Assembly (NCBI GenBank): GCA_037440445.1
Contig: JBBIUA010000005.1
Coordinates: 2,816 to 66,815, forward strand
From: Ignavibacteria bacterium
GTDB lineage: Bacteria > Bacteroidota > Ignavibacteria > Kapaibacteriales > UBA2268
Direction: 5' to 3'
Length of the DNA: 64,000 bases
Made by a program: the position numbers and the translations under genes. Below the pieces are notes generated by a model. It saw nothing but the letters and a program-made list of their open reading frames with translations. It had not been told where the DNA came from and did no database searches. The first letter of the stretch is position 1, and the number at the start of each line of letters is the position of its first letter. Positions 1 to 10,247 of this stretch are shown piece by piece.

Positions 1-1
1 C

Positions 2-1489
2 CAGCAAAATATTCCTGTGTTTATTACGCGAATGACTGGAATAACCAATGAAATGACTTTTCTTGCCCCAGTATTTCGTCAAATTATCCCAGAGTTAAAG
101 AAATTGTTTACAAACGATTCAGTTTTTGTTGCTCATAACGTAAATTTCGATTATACTTTTGTTCAAAAATCATTTGAAAAAAATGGTTATAATTTTCCAG
201 ACATACCTAAACTTTGTACTCTGCGTTTGGCGCGAAGATTAGTAAGTGGAATTAGCAAAAAAAACGTTGGTGCTCTTTCTGAATATTTTGGAATTCCAAT
301 TAAAAATAGACATCGTGCTTTTGGTGATGCACGTGCAACTGCACAAATTCTTATTGAACTTCTTGAGATAGCGGAAAACGAACACAATATTCACGAACTT
401 AGTGATTTAATTCAGTTTCAATATAAACCCTATTACTCTTTCAACGTAGTCCAGAAAATTATTGGGAGGCCATATTTTGAAAGCGACCAGATACCCGATT
501 CCCCTGGAGTTTATTTTTTTTATGATAATCAAGATAAAGTTATTTACGTTGGCAAAGCAAAGTCTTTAAAAAGAAGGATTCAAAGTTATTTTACCACCAC
601 AACATCGAGAAAAATTCTTCAACTTCTAAAATCTACTAAAAAGATAAATTGGATTATGACCTCAACGGAATTGCGTGCTTTAATCGAAGAGAATCGGCAA
701 ATTAAATTGCATAAACCCCAATTCAATTCATTAAGTAAAAAGTTGCGGAGTTATCCATTTATTCAGGTTTCACGTGAAAGAAAATATCCAGTCTTTCAAA
801 TAACTTACGAACCCAAGCCAAATGAAGGCGAATGTTTTGGACCTTTTAAAAATCGAGAGACTGCGGAGCTTATTCTTGATATTATTTATCGGAAATTTAG
901 ATTGAAAAAGTGTAACTTCGAAATGGATAGGAAAAATCCCGAACTTACTTGTTTTTACTTTCAAACAAAAAGTTGCCTGGCACCATGTAGGAATGGTTTT
1001 GCTGATAGAGAATATGAAGATGAAATTAATCGAATTAAAGAATTTTTAACTACGTTTGAAAATGGATTACTTCAAACTCTTGAATCTTTAATGTTGTCCT
1101 ATGCAGAAAATTATGACTTTGAGCAAGCGAAAGAATTAAAAGATAAAATTTACGAGGTTAAAAAAGTCCTTGGGAGTCCCACTTTTAACTTATCTCAACT
1201 TGATAAGCGAAATTTTCTTGCAATATATCAAAAGAATGGTGGTTTTGATCCTATTGAAGTTCTTTTAATTTGCAATGGTAAACTAGTTTGGGATACAAGT
1301 ATTAGAAATTTGGAAGAATTGGATTCTCTGCGTCCTTTGATTTTTGAGCAATATTTACAACAAAGAAATTTTTCAAAAGGATTTGAAAAAGAAGAGGTTG
1401 AAGAAGTAAGAATTGTTACCAATTGGTTAAATCAACATCATTTTGCTTTAAAGATTTTGGATATTGACGAGCTTTTAAAAAATCATTAA
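2..1489 (+). CDS. DnaQ-like 3'-5' exonuclease fused to a Cho/UvrC-N-terminal-like GIY-YIG endonuclease; 5' end truncated by the window edge (the track ORF starts at a GTG at 17, but the frame is open back to nt 2)
   Basis: N-terminus carries Exo II (FVAHNVNFDYTF) and Exo III (HRAFGDARATAQIL) motifs of DnaQ/RNase T-type exonucleases. The Exo I DxE motif is missing, so the gene presumably continues upstream of nt 1. The GIY-YIG core follows (PGVYFFYDNQDKVIYVGKAKSLKRRIQSYF), then a Cys cluster and a UVR-like helix (CLAPC..., FEQAKELKDKIYEV) as in the UvrC N-terminal half/Cho. Confidence 0.7.
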   Translation, partial: QQNIPVFITRMTGITNEMTFLAPVFRQIIPELKKLFTNDSVFVAHNVNFDYTFVQKSFEKNGYNFPDIPKLCTLRLARRLVSGISKKNVGALSEYFGIPIKNRHRAFGDARATAQILIELLEIAENEHNIHELSDLIQFQYKPYYSFNVVQKIIGRPYFESDQIPDSPGVYFFYDNQDKVIYVGKAKSLKRRIQSYFTTTTSRKILQLLKSTKKINWIMTSTELRALIEENRQIKLHKPQFNSLSKKLRSYPFIQVSRERKYPVFQITYEPKPNEGECFGPFKNRETAELILDIIYRKFRLKKCNFEMDRKNPELTCFYFQTKSCLAPCRNGFADREYEDEINRIKEFLTTFENGLLQTLESLMLSYAENYDFEQAKELKDKIYEVKKVLGSPTFNLSQLDKRNFLAIYQKNGGFDPIEVLLICNGKLVWDTSIRNLEELDSLRPLIFEQYLQQRNFSKGFEKEEVEEVRIVTNWLNQHHFALKILDIDELLKNH

Positions 1490-4400
1490 ATTATCAATTG
1501 ATTCATTTGTAGCATTTGGCTTTTCAATTTACTTTCAATTTCAAATAATTCATTTTTTGTCCAAATGAAATCGAAAGTCCATTCAGAGTCCTCTGCCTCG
1601 GGTCTCGCAAGTTTAGTAAACAATAATTTTGCTTTTATTTTTTCCTGTTTTGGGTGTAAATAGGAAACTGCAAGTGCATAGGTTTCCATTTGGGGTCTAT
1701 AGGTGTTAGCATATTTAGGAATTTCAGAACAAGATTTTAAATTATTCGATTTCCAATCCCAAATTTCGAATTCACTATTTTGATTTTGTAAAAGTAGGTC
1801 TATTTTGGCAAATAAGAAGTTGTTATCGATTGGAAGTAGAATTTCATATTCTTTTGGAGAATTAATGACTAAATCCTTATATCTTTTAATAAGTTTAGTT
1901 TGGACGATATTTGAGCACTGTTCAAGAATAATATTTTGAATTTCTCGGGAGAGATTTCTTTCTTGTAGAAACATAGAATTTTCAATTGTTTCAATTAACT
2001 TACCGATGAGAAACCCATTAGAATTGAACCAGGACGAAATGTTTTCAAGGCAATAATGAATGGTGTTTCCGATGATTGAACTTACAATGATGTTGTCTTT
2101 TGTTTCGAAATCTTCTTCGAGTGAAGAATGAAAAATTTCGTTTGGGGATCTATGGAGCCCTAAAAAATAACTTTTAACATAGTTTTTTGAATTTAAGGAG
2201 TAAATATTGAATTTTGTTGATGAGAAAATGTTTTTACTTATTACGGGTTGTATCTTTTCAATTAGAGATTTCAGAGGTGGCAATGATAATAAATTAATAT
2301 CTTCTGTTGCCACAGAAGATTTTTGTCTATCGAAATTATTTATAAAATATTCTATTGGTACATCAATATTAATTTTTTCAATTTTTTCATTTTCCCGAAG
2401 TATCTTGAATTGAAGATTGAGAGTCAATGAGTTAAATTGTTTCTGGTTGATGATAATACTAAGTGCCTCTAAAAGGCTTTTGAGATGGTATTTAAATTTC
2501 GGTTCAGATGTTTGGGTGTCGAAATAAATGTTACCAGTAATGATAAGGAAATCGCTTGCACGAGTTGTAGCTACATAAAGGATACGTGATTCTTCTGCAT
2601 CTTGTTCTATTTGCAACTGTTCGGAGGCTATTATATTTTGTAATGTAGGAGCCTTTTGTACTTCATTTTCGAGGTAAATCTCCATAGGAAAAATTAAACC
2701 TACTTCTCTTGAAACATCAATGTATTTTGTTTCTCGTGGTTTAGCATCAATTTTATATAAATAAACAACTGGAAATTCCAATCCTTTTGCCGAATGAAAA
2801 GTTATTAAACGAACAGCATTACTGGAAACGAATCCAAAACGATCAACGTCCGAAATTCCATACTTCGAAATGTAATCAATATCTTGAATAAAATCGAGTA
2901 TTGTTCTGAATCCTATTTCTACATATTCCCTTGAATATTGAAGAAATTCGTCAACATTCGCTATAATTTGATCAAAATTCTTAAAACACCTAACTTTCTT
3001 ATGCCAATTCGTTTCAACAAGAATTCTATGGATTAGTTCATTAATTGGTAAGATTGAGAATAATTGTTGCAGTTTTTTTAATACTTGTATTGCATTTTCA
3101 ATTTTTTTGAAAGATTCGGAAAAATATTCGTTTTGGGAAGCGACATCGGAATTAGAGTTTAAAAATTCGTAATATTTTTGAATTTTATCCCAAAAAGGCA
3201 AATTATCCTCTGACGAGGAAGAAATGTTTAGTAGCTCTTCGTCGGTAAATTCGAAAAATGCAGAGCGTAGAACAGCAACCAAAGAAACATCATTTTTTGG
3301 ATTTACAAGGAATTTTAAAAATGAAACAATATCTTGAATTTCATTAACCGCATAGAAGTTCTTCACCCCTTGGAAAATGAAAGGGATATTCTGAGAAGAC
3401 AACACCGTTGCAACTTTCGTGAGGTCTTTAATTTTTCGGCTTAAAATTGCAATATCCGAGTACTCAATTTTGCGAAAGATATCATTGTCTTTGTCATAGA
3501 TTAAAACTTCGTCGTTTTGCACAATAAAGTGGATGTGTTTAGAAATGAGTATTTCCAGCTTGTTTGTATCAGTATCTTCATTTATTACATCGTTTTTGTT
3601 TTGATTTTCAGTTTCTTTATAATTATCATCCTTATTATCCGAGATTGAAGTATCTTGGGATTTATTTTCAAAAAGAAAAGTAATAGGAGGAATTGCAAAA
3701 TTCCTATTTGAGTATTGTTGAATTTTAGATACAGGTATTACAAAAGGCTCATAATCAATATTGAAATCAGAGTAAGGTTGCTCGTCTGTAACATTCATAA
3801 TAGATTCAAAAGCATTATCGACAAATGCAGCTATCTCGGGTTTAAGGCGGAAAGTAAGAGTGAGCTTTAGTTGTCCATTGTTATAATAGTATGTATCGCC
3901 ATTAGCATCATTAAGTTCTTCGATATAAGACTTTGCGTTTTTGAAAATTCTTACATCAGCATTTCTAAATGAGTAAATGCTTTGCTTTTCATCTCCAACG
4001 ATGAAAAGATTTGGAATATTATTAGTTTGGTTTCCATTTTTTGGAACAAGTTGTTTGATTATTTCGAACTGGAGTTTGTCAGTATCTTGGAATTCATCTA
4101 CCATCAAAAATTTGATTCCTTTGCGAACTTCGTCAAGTATATTAGGATATTGCTTGAAAAGTTGATTAGTTTTTAGAAGCATATCAGAATAGTCTATCAA
4201 ACCTTTATCAAATTTGAACTTTTGAAAATAGTCATAAACATCTTTGATAAAATCGAAAATTATTTTAGATGTTTCGAAATAACGGTGCTCAATATCCAAG
4301 GTAGAGAATTTTTCTCTTATTCTTTTTTTGAAAGAATTATACTCAATAATTTTGTCCAAAAACTTAATAGTTTTGTGAAATTTTTCGTTTAGTTTTTCAA

Positions 4401-5334
4401 TGTCCTCGAAATCATCGTCAGTTTTGAATACTTTTTCCCTTAATTTTTTTTCTTTTGTATAAAATTTTTCCAAAAGATTGCTCAACTTGTCCCAAAAATT
4501 TGAATCTAAAAGCGGTTTTGATTTATCTTCTGCAAATAGTTTTTTAGTGTAAGAAATAAAAGCACTAATTTCTTTTGCAATTTCCACTAATTTTTGATTT
4601 TCCGTGTTTTTTTCTGATAAATCATTTAAGAATTCGAAAAGTGATAGTATACAGTTATGATAAGTATTATAAAAGAATTTTCCTAAATCTATTAAATATT
4701 CCTCGAAACTTTTGTTATAAATTTTTTGTAAGTCGTTCCAAAGGTCAATATTTGAAATCACTTTTTGAGAAAGGTCTCGCAAGTCCTCCAATGAAATGCT
4801 TGAGAAAATTTTGCTTAGAATAGACTTTTTCTCGTTTGTCCCAATCCAATTCATAAGAACTGAGTTAAATGCGTCTTCGAAAAGTTTTAGCCTTTCAGAT
4901 TCTGATATTTCGCTGAAATAGGCTGGGAGGTTGGCTTCGACCGGATAGTTGGTTAGAATTTGTAGGCAAAAACTATGAATTGTCGATATTCTTGCATTAG
5001 TAAGTTTGTTGCGTGTTATTCTTAGTTTTTCTAAATAGTTTAGATCTTTTATCTTTTTGTTATCCGAATTAATGTTTTCTGTTTGGAATGAAGAATTAAA
5101 ACGTTTAATTACTCTGGAAAGCATTTCGGCTGATGCTTTTCTGGTGAAAGTTATCGCAACTATTTCGTCGGGAGAAACTTCAATTTCCCCATTTATTGAT
5201 TTTTCGAGAATACTATAAAAGCGTTCTACAAGGACACTGGTTTTCCCCGAGCCTGCATTTGCGTTCAATGCAATATGAATATTTAGATTAAGTGCATCTA
5301 ATTGTTCTGTAGTAAGTTTTTTTTCTTTCATCAT
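1486..5334 (-). CDS. AddA/RecB-like ATP-dependent helicase-nuclease (UvrD-type SF1 helicase N-terminal, RecB-type PD-(D/E)xK nuclease C-terminal), 1282 aa
   Basis: Walker A ANAGSGKT in a UvrD-like N-terminus. C-terminal AKIDLL...EIWDWKS...YRPQMETYALA matches the RecB nuclease GxID...DYKT...QxxxY pattern. A low-complexity acidic insert (DNKDDNYKETENQNKNDVINEDTDTNK) sits mid-protein. No AddB/RecC partner ORF is adjacent. Confidence 0.7.
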   Translation of the reverse strand: MMKEKKLTTEQLDALNLNIHIALNANAGSGKTSVLVERFYSILEKSINGEIEVSPDEIVAITFTRKASAEMLSRVIKRFNSSFQTENINSDNKKIKDLNYLEKLRITRNKLTNARISTIHSFCLQILTNYPVEANLPAYFSEISESERLKLFEDAFNSVLMNWIGTNEKKSILSKIFSSISLEDLRDLSQKVISNIDLWNDLQKIYNKSFEEYLIDLGKFFYNTYHNCILSLFEFLNDLSEKNTENQKLVEIAKEISAFISYTKKLFAEDKSKPLLDSNFWDKLSNLLEKFYTKEKKLREKVFKTDDDFEDIEKLNEKFHKTIKFLDKIIEYNSFKKRIREKFSTLDIEHRYFETSKIIFDFIKDVYDYFQKFKFDKGLIDYSDMLLKTNQLFKQYPNILDEVRKGIKFLMVDEFQDTDKLQFEIIKQLVPKNGNQTNNIPNLFIVGDEKQSIYSFRNADVRIFKNAKSYIEELNDANGDTYYYNNGQLKLTLTFRLKPEIAAFVDNAFESIMNVTDEQPYSDFNIDYEPFVIPVSKIQQYSNRNFAIPPITFLFENKSQDTSISDNKDDNYKETENQNKNDVINEDTDTNKLEILISKHIHFIVQNDEVLIYDKDNDIFRKIEYSDIAILSRKIKDLTKVATVLSSQNIPFIFQGVKNFYAVNEIQDIVSFLKFLVNPKNDVSLVAVLRSAFFEFTDEELLNISSSSEDNLPFWDKIQKYYEFLNSNSDVASQNEYFSESFKKIENAIQVLKKLQQLFSILPINELIHRILVETNWHKKVRCFKNFDQIIANVDEFLQYSREYVEIGFRTILDFIQDIDYISKYGISDVDRFGFVSSNAVRLITFHSAKGLEFPVVYLYKIDAKPRETKYIDVSREVGLIFPMEIYLENEVQKAPTLQNIIASEQLQIEQDAEESRILYVATTRASDFLIITGNIYFDTQTSEPKFKYHLKSLLEALSIIINQKQFNSLTLNLQFKILRENEKIEKINIDVPIEYFINNFDRQKSSVATEDINLLSLPPLKSLIEKIQPVISKNIFSSTKFNIYSLNSKNYVKSYFLGLHRSPNEIFHSSLEEDFETKDNIIVSSIIGNTIHYCLENISSWFNSNGFLIGKLIETIENSMFLQERNLSREIQNIILEQCSNIVQTKLIKRYKDLVINSPKEYEILLPIDNNFLFAKIDLLLQNQNSEFEIWDWKSNNLKSCSEIPKYANTYRPQMETYALAVSYLHPKQEKIKAKLLFTKLARPEAEDSEWTFDFIWTKNELFEIESKLKSQMLQMNQLII

Positions 5335-5945
5335 TCCTTATCGAAATGATGGTAATCTTTATATGTTTTAAATTCTCCTCCCCAACGCCATCCAAGGCTT
5401 TTGAATTCAAGGACGACTGGATGAGTGGGATAAAAAGTTCCTAATTCTTTTGGATTATAACTTCCATTTTTTGGTTCAATTCTACCATCTTCGTACACTA
5501 CCGGATTAAGCAATGGATTTATATCAATTGCTCTACCTCTGGCATGTAGGGAAAGTCGATTTGTTCCTGCGATGTAACGGTAGTTGAATGATGAAGTATT
5601 GTTTGCTTCCATTGATGCCATATCCGACCAATTGAAAGCCGAAATTGGAATTGCTTTGGCTATGGGAAATTTGATAGTCTTAATCATTTCAAAAATCTCG
5701 ATTATTTCATTTGCAAGTTCTTTGTTTATCAATACTTGCCCTTTGTGAAGTTTTTTGTCGAATGAATAGTAAAATACATCGATTAATACAAGTGAGTCAA
5801 TAATATTTTTTGGAGCTTTGGTTCCTTTTATTGCTTCTTCAAATGTCATATTGCTGTCAACAATGGCTTCCATATTATTTTGATTTTTTGAAAATAAAGT
5901 GGAAAAAAGGGAAAAAATGAACAAAGTTAAAATGAATTTTTTCAT
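5331..5945 (-). CDS. Secreted M15-family zinc peptidase (D-Ala-D-Ala carboxypeptidase/VanY-VanX-like)
   Basis: Signal peptide is present. SLHARGRAIDIN matches the S-x-H-x-x-G-x-A-x-D motif and DYHHFD is the second His motif of LAS/M15 metallopeptidases. The gene overlaps the helicase-nuclease by 4 nt. Confidence 0.55.
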   Translation of the reverse strand: MKKFILTLFIFSLFSTLFSKNQNNMEAIVDSNMTFEEAIKGTKAPKNIIDSLVLIDVFYYSFDKKLHKGQVLINKELANEIIEIFEMIKTIKFPIAKAIPISAFNWSDMASMEANNTSSFNYRYIAGTNRLSLHARGRAIDINPLLNPVVYEDGRIEPKNGSYNPKELGTFYPTHPVVLEFKSLGWRWGGEFKTYKDYHHFDKE

Positions 5946-6003
5946 ATTAATTTTTTTGTAAATTTAAAATTTAAATTTATGAAGTTTTTCATTTATTATA
6001 GTT

Positions 6004-7161
6004 ATGAAAAAAGCACTAATAACTGGAATTACTGGTCAGGATGGTTCGTATCTCGCAGAATACTTGTTGGAGTTAGGTTACGAAGTTCATGGAATAATTC
6101 GTCGGGCAAGCACTTTTAACACTCATAGAATCGATCATATATATAAAGACCCTACTGAAAACCCTGAATCTCGATTACGTCTTCATTATGGCGATTTGTC
6201 AGATTCAGGAATATTAACTGAGATTATTTATAATATTCAACCAGATGAGATTTATCATCTTGGTGCTCAAAGTCATGTTCGAGTTTCTTTCGATTTACCT
6301 GAATATACTGGTAACGTCACAGGTTTGGGAACAACAAGAATCCTTGAAGCAATTAGACGTAGTGGGATTAGGACGCGATTCTATCAGGCTTCTTCTTCGG
6401 AACTATTTGGTTCCTCACCGCCTCCCCAAAACGAAAATACCCCTTTTTCACCTCAAAGTCCTTATGCAATTTCGAAATTGTACTCCTACTGGATGGTAAT
6501 AAATTATCGGAAGGCATATAACGTATTTGCTTCGAATGGAATTTTGTTTAATCACGAGAGTCCTCGCCGAGGTGAAATTTTTGTGACTCGCAAAATAACA
6601 AGGGGGATAGCAAATATACTCGTTGGAAATCAGAAGAAAATATTTCTTGGAAATCTTGATGCCCGAAGAGATTGGGGCTATGCGCCAGAATATGTTCGAT
6701 TGATGTGGAAGATTTTACAACTTGACTATCCTGATGATTTTGTGATTGGGACTGGAGAAAGTCATTCCGTAAGAGAATTTGTTAATAAAGCATTTGAGTA
6801 TTGCGACATCGAGATTGAATGGATTGGCTCTGGTTTGGAAGAAAAAGGAATAGTTAAAAGTTTCGATAATCGCTGGAATGGAATTATTTCCTCTGGACAA
6901 ATTCTGATTGAATTAAAACAAAGATATTTCCGACCAACAGAAGTTGATTTTCTTCTTGCTGATTCTTCAAAGGCTAAACAAATACTTGGATGGGAGCCAC
7001 AAATTTTGTTCGCTGAATTAGTAAAGATTATGGTTGATTTCGACTTGCTTTTAGTTGGGATTAAACCAAAATTCGAAGGTTTTAAAGTAGCTAAACAAAA
7101 GGGTTTAGGCTGGACTGAACACAAATATTCAGAATTAATTGACATTCAAAATGAAATTTGA
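6004..7161 (+). CDS. gmd: GDP-mannose 4,6-dehydratase
   Basis: [34 protein letters not shown] and full-length similarity to Gmd, about 385 aa. Confidence 0.9.
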   Translation: MKKALITGITGQDGSYLAEYLLELGYEVHGIIRRASTFNTHRIDHIYKDPTENPESRLRLHYGDLSDSGILTEIIYNIQPDEIYHLGAQSHVRVSFDLPEYTGNVTGLGTTRILEAIRRSGIRTRFYQASSSELFGSSPPPQNENTPFSPQSPYAISKLYSYWMVINYRKAYNVFASNGILFNHESPRRGEIFVTRKITRGIANILVGNQKKIFLGNLDARRDWGYAPEYVRLMWKILQLDYPDDFVIGTGESHSVREFVNKAFEYCDIEIEWIGSGLEEKGIVKSFDNRWNGIISSGQILIELKQRYFRPTEVDFLLADSSKAKQILGWEPQILFAELVKIMVDFDLLLVGIKPKFEGFKVAKQKGLGWTEHKYSELIDIQNEI

Positions 7162-8227
7162 TAGGAAAGAGAAAATATTTGTTGCTGGGGGGCGTGGCTT
7201 AGTAGGCTCTGCAATTGTAAAGAAACTAAAAGAGTTGGGATATGAAAATATTGTTGCTCCAACGAGATTAGAGTTGGATTTACGATGCCAAAGTGATACC
7301 GAAGATTTTTTTGAGAAGGAAAAACCTGTTTATGTATTCCTATCTGCTGCTAAAGTTGGTGGAATTCTTGCAAACAACACTTATCGAGCCGAATTTATTT
7401 ATGATAACCTTGCTATCGCTTTAAATGTTATTAATTCATCTTATAAATTTGGTGTAAAAAAACTTTTGAATCTTGGTTCCTCGTGTATTTATCCGAAGTT
7501 TTGCCCCCAACCAATGAAGGAAGATTATTTACTTTCTGGTAAATTAGAACCAACGAATGAACCATATGCTATCGCAAAAATCAGTGCTATTAAACTTTGT
7601 GAGGCCTATAATTTCCAATATGGAACCGATTATATTTCTTTAATGCCCACAAATATTTACGGTGAAAGGGATAATTTTAACTTGGAGACTTCACACGTTC
7701 TTCCCGCGTTAATTCGTAAATTCATTCTTGCCCGTCTTTTAAGAGAAAAGAGGTTTGATTTAATAAGAAAAGACTTTTCATTGTTTAAAATAGGCTTTGG
7801 CTTTGATGCGATTATTAACATTAATTCAAATGAATCGATTAAAGAAATTTTAACTAAACTTGGAATTAAAGAAGAAAGTGTTACTCTTTGGGGAAGCGGG
7901 ACTGCTTTTAGAGAATTTTTATATGTTGGGGATTTAGCAGATGCTTGCGTTTATTTTATGGAAAATTATTCTGCTAAAGATACTGAACCATTTGTTAATA
8001 TTGGCTACGGAGAGGAAATTTCAATAAAAAATTTGGCTGAATTGGTAAAACAAATAGTTGAATTTGATGGAGAAATTGTTTGGGATACTTCCAAACCCGA
8101 TGGGACCCCTCGTAAGTTACTTGATATTTCAAAAGCAAGGTCATTGGGATGGAAACCAAAAACAAAACTTCACGAAGGAATCGCAAAGGTTGTTAACGAT
8201 TATTATTCTAGAATACAAAATCATTAA
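7139..8227 (+). CDS. fcl: GDP-L-fucose synthase (GDP-4-keto-6-deoxymannose 3,5-epimerase/4-reductase), carrying an extra ~40-aa insertion
   Basis: [15 protein letters not shown] Rossmann motif, Fcl-like throughout, and a 23-nt overlap with gmd. The insertion ([52 protein letters not shown]) is not in the ~320-aa canonical enzymes. Confidence 0.85.
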   Translation: MTFKMKFDRKEKIFVAGGRGLVGSAIVKKLKELGYENIVAPTRLELDLRCQSDTEDFFEKEKPVYVFLSAAKVGGILANNTYRAEFIYDNLAIALNVINSSYKFGVKKLLNLGSSCIYPKFCPQPMKEDYLLSGKLEPTNEPYAIAKISAIKLCEAYNFQYGTDYISLMPTNIYGERDNFNLETSHVLPALIRKFILARLLREKRFDLIRKDFSLFKIGFGFDAIININSNESIKEILTKLGIKEESVTLWGSGTAFREFLYVGDLADACVYFMENYSAKDTEPFVNIGYGEEISIKNLAELVKQIVEFDGEIVWDTSKPDGTPRKLLDISKARSLGWKPKTKLHEGIAKVVNDYYSRIQNH

Positions 8228-8234
8228 TTTGTTT

Positions 8235-10109
8235 TTATTGTATCCAGATTACGTAAGGTAATATTGCCAAAACATATTCTTCTTTCGTAAATCGGAAGTA
8301 TTTAACAAGCTGAAGAATTTGATTTTGTAACTCTTTTGGGAATAAATCAATTGTTGATAGAATTTCTTTTGTATTGTAATAGGAATTAGCCTCGTCTCTT
8401 TTTTTGGAAAATAGTTTCAATAATATTTCAAAGTCTTCCATAGGTCTTGGAAATCGTTTGATAGTTGGGTTTTTCACCCCAATCCTTTTTTTAGCAATAT
8501 CTATAGCATCTTGCAAACCTCCAAGTGCGTCAACCAAACCAATTTCCAGAGCCTTTTCGCCTGTCCAAATTCTACCTTTGGCAATTGCTCGAATTTGTTC
8601 TACAGTTTTGTTTCGGCTTTTAGCAACTTTACTTAAGAAACGAAAATACATTGGGCGAGCAAAATCCTCTAACTTTTTCTTTTGCTGGTTTGAAAATGGA
8701 ATGAATAAGTTCAAGTCTTGAGAAGATTTATTTGTCGAAAGAGTGTCAACAGTAACTCCTATTTTGTCAATCATCTTGCTGAAGTTTGGAATAACGGAAA
8801 TTACTCCAATTGAACCTGTAACTGTCATTGGATGAGCAATGATTGTGTCGCAAGCCATTGCAATATAATAACCACCAGAAGCGGCTACATCGCTCATAGA
8901 TGCATACACTGGTTTAATTTTTTTAGTTTTAAGGATTTCTTCCCAAATTTCATCGGATGCAATAACTGAACCACCCGGGCTATCAATTCGAATTATTATT
9001 GCTTTAACTCGTTTGTCTTCCCGAGCCTTTTTAAGATTTTTGATAAAATTGTCTGGGTTAATTTCAAAGTCCATATCGAAAGGTGATTTCTGAGACCTTT
9101 GTACAATTGCTCCCGAAGCAAAAACTATCGCGATTGCATTTTCTTTATCGGTTTTCTCAAATTCCGAAATTTCTTGGCTGTTTAAATAATCTCTAAGAGT
9201 AATAAAATTAACTTTGTCTTTTGTGGTGTCTCCTTTGTACTTCTCACCAAGTACAATGCTTCGAATGAATTCTTTAACTTGGTTATCGTTTAAAAGGGAA
9301 TCTACAAAATGATACTTCAAGAGAGAATCGGGTGAATATATACCAATATCTAATAGATTGTTTGCAAGGTTTAAAGGAATTTTGCGAAATTTTTCTAAAG
9401 ATTCAAGGAAAACTTGATATCTTTGAGTTAACAATTCGCGGTATGCGACCCGAGCACTATCGCTGAATTTTGTCCTACTATACTGCTCACTCGCAGACTT
9501 GAAGTCTTCAAACTGTTGGACATAAAATTCTAAGCCAATTTTATCGAACAATCCTTTTAGAAATAAAGCAGAAATAGAAAACCCATTCATTTCCATTAAT
9601 CCTTCTCGAGCAAGAAAAATTTTATCTGCAGGAAGGGCAAGATAGTAATCGTTTTCGTTTCCCATTTCTATGAAAGCATAAATGAATTTTCCTGATGATT
9701 TAAATTTTTGTAGCGCCTCTACTAATTCGACTCTCTTTGCCCATCCTAACATAGAATATGAGCATCTTAGATAGATACCTCGAATTTTATTATCAACCCT
9801 TGCATATTCTATTGCTTTAAGCAAGTCGTAAAATGCAACAGTGCCACTTGTTGACAATATTGATGATAAAGATTCGCCAACATATTCTTCTATTTGGTTA
9901 TTTAAATTTATTACGAGAACGGAATTTGATTTAATAACAACTGGTTCTTTTTGAAAAATAGAACCAATTGATGAAACAATTGCAACAAAAACAACAAAAA
10001 TAAAAAGTACAATTACACCAATAATTATAATTGGAATCCACCACCGAGAGCGCTTTCGAGAATAAAAATTTGGAGGATTAGGTGCAGAAGGTGTTTGTGA
10101 GCCATTCAT
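8235..10109 (-). CDS. sppA: Signal peptide peptidase SppA (67K type, protease IV)
   Basis: N-terminal TM segment and a tandem ClpP/crotonase-like fold with SPGGSV and MSDVAASGGYYIAMACD motifs. Confidence 0.8.
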   Translation of the reverse strand: MNGSQTPSAPNPPNFYSRKRSRWWIPIIIIGVIVLFIFVVFVAIVSSIGSIFQKEPVVIKSNSVLVINLNNQIEEYVGESLSSILSTSGTVAFYDLLKAIEYARVDNKIRGIYLRCSYSMLGWAKRVELVEALQKFKSSGKFIYAFIEMGNENDYYLALPADKIFLAREGLMEMNGFSISALFLKGLFDKIGLEFYVQQFEDFKSASEQYSRTKFSDSARVAYRELLTQRYQVFLESLEKFRKIPLNLANNLLDIGIYSPDSLLKYHFVDSLLNDNQVKEFIRSIVLGEKYKGDTTKDKVNFITLRDYLNSQEISEFEKTDKENAIAIVFASGAIVQRSQKSPFDMDFEINPDNFIKNLKKAREDKRVKAIIIRIDSPGGSVIASDEIWEEILKTKKIKPVYASMSDVAASGGYYIAMACDTIIAHPMTVTGSIGVISVIPNFSKMIDKIGVTVDTLSTNKSSQDLNLFIPFSNQQKKKLEDFARPMYFRFLSKVAKSRNKTVEQIRAIAKGRIWTGEKALEIGLVDALGGLQDAIDIAKKRIGVKNPTIKRFPRPMEDFEILLKLFSKKRDEANSYYNTKEILSTIDLFPKELQNQILQLVKYFRFTKEEYVLAILPYVIWIQ

Positions 10110-10247
10110 TTTTCCCTCTATTAATGAAAAGATAATTTACGAAAAATTATCATTATTGTTACAAATTTATTCAAAAAAACTAAAGAGAATTTCTTATTTT
10201 TAATTTTTTGTTTTTCTGGATAAATTTGTTTTTTTATTGGAGGTATT

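Noticed and set aside
187-387. Short antisense or internal ORFs from the six-frame track (e.g. 187-387, 770-964, 2207-2413, 3977-4176, 6245-6499, 8404-8721, 12259-12750, 13961-14449, 21078-21392, 22635-23019, 33144-33353, 44711-45240, 46670-47120, 50391-50921, 58178-58590, 59037-59261, 63482-63835)
   Set aside because: All lie wholly inside longer ORFs with clear homology on the other strand or frame. They are low-complexity, have no motifs and no independent RBS. Treated as spurious.
5331-5945. M15 peptidase as a phage endolysin remnant
   Set aside because: It has a cleavable signal peptide and there are no adjacent holin, tail or capsid genes. More consistent with a housekeeping periplasmic peptidase.
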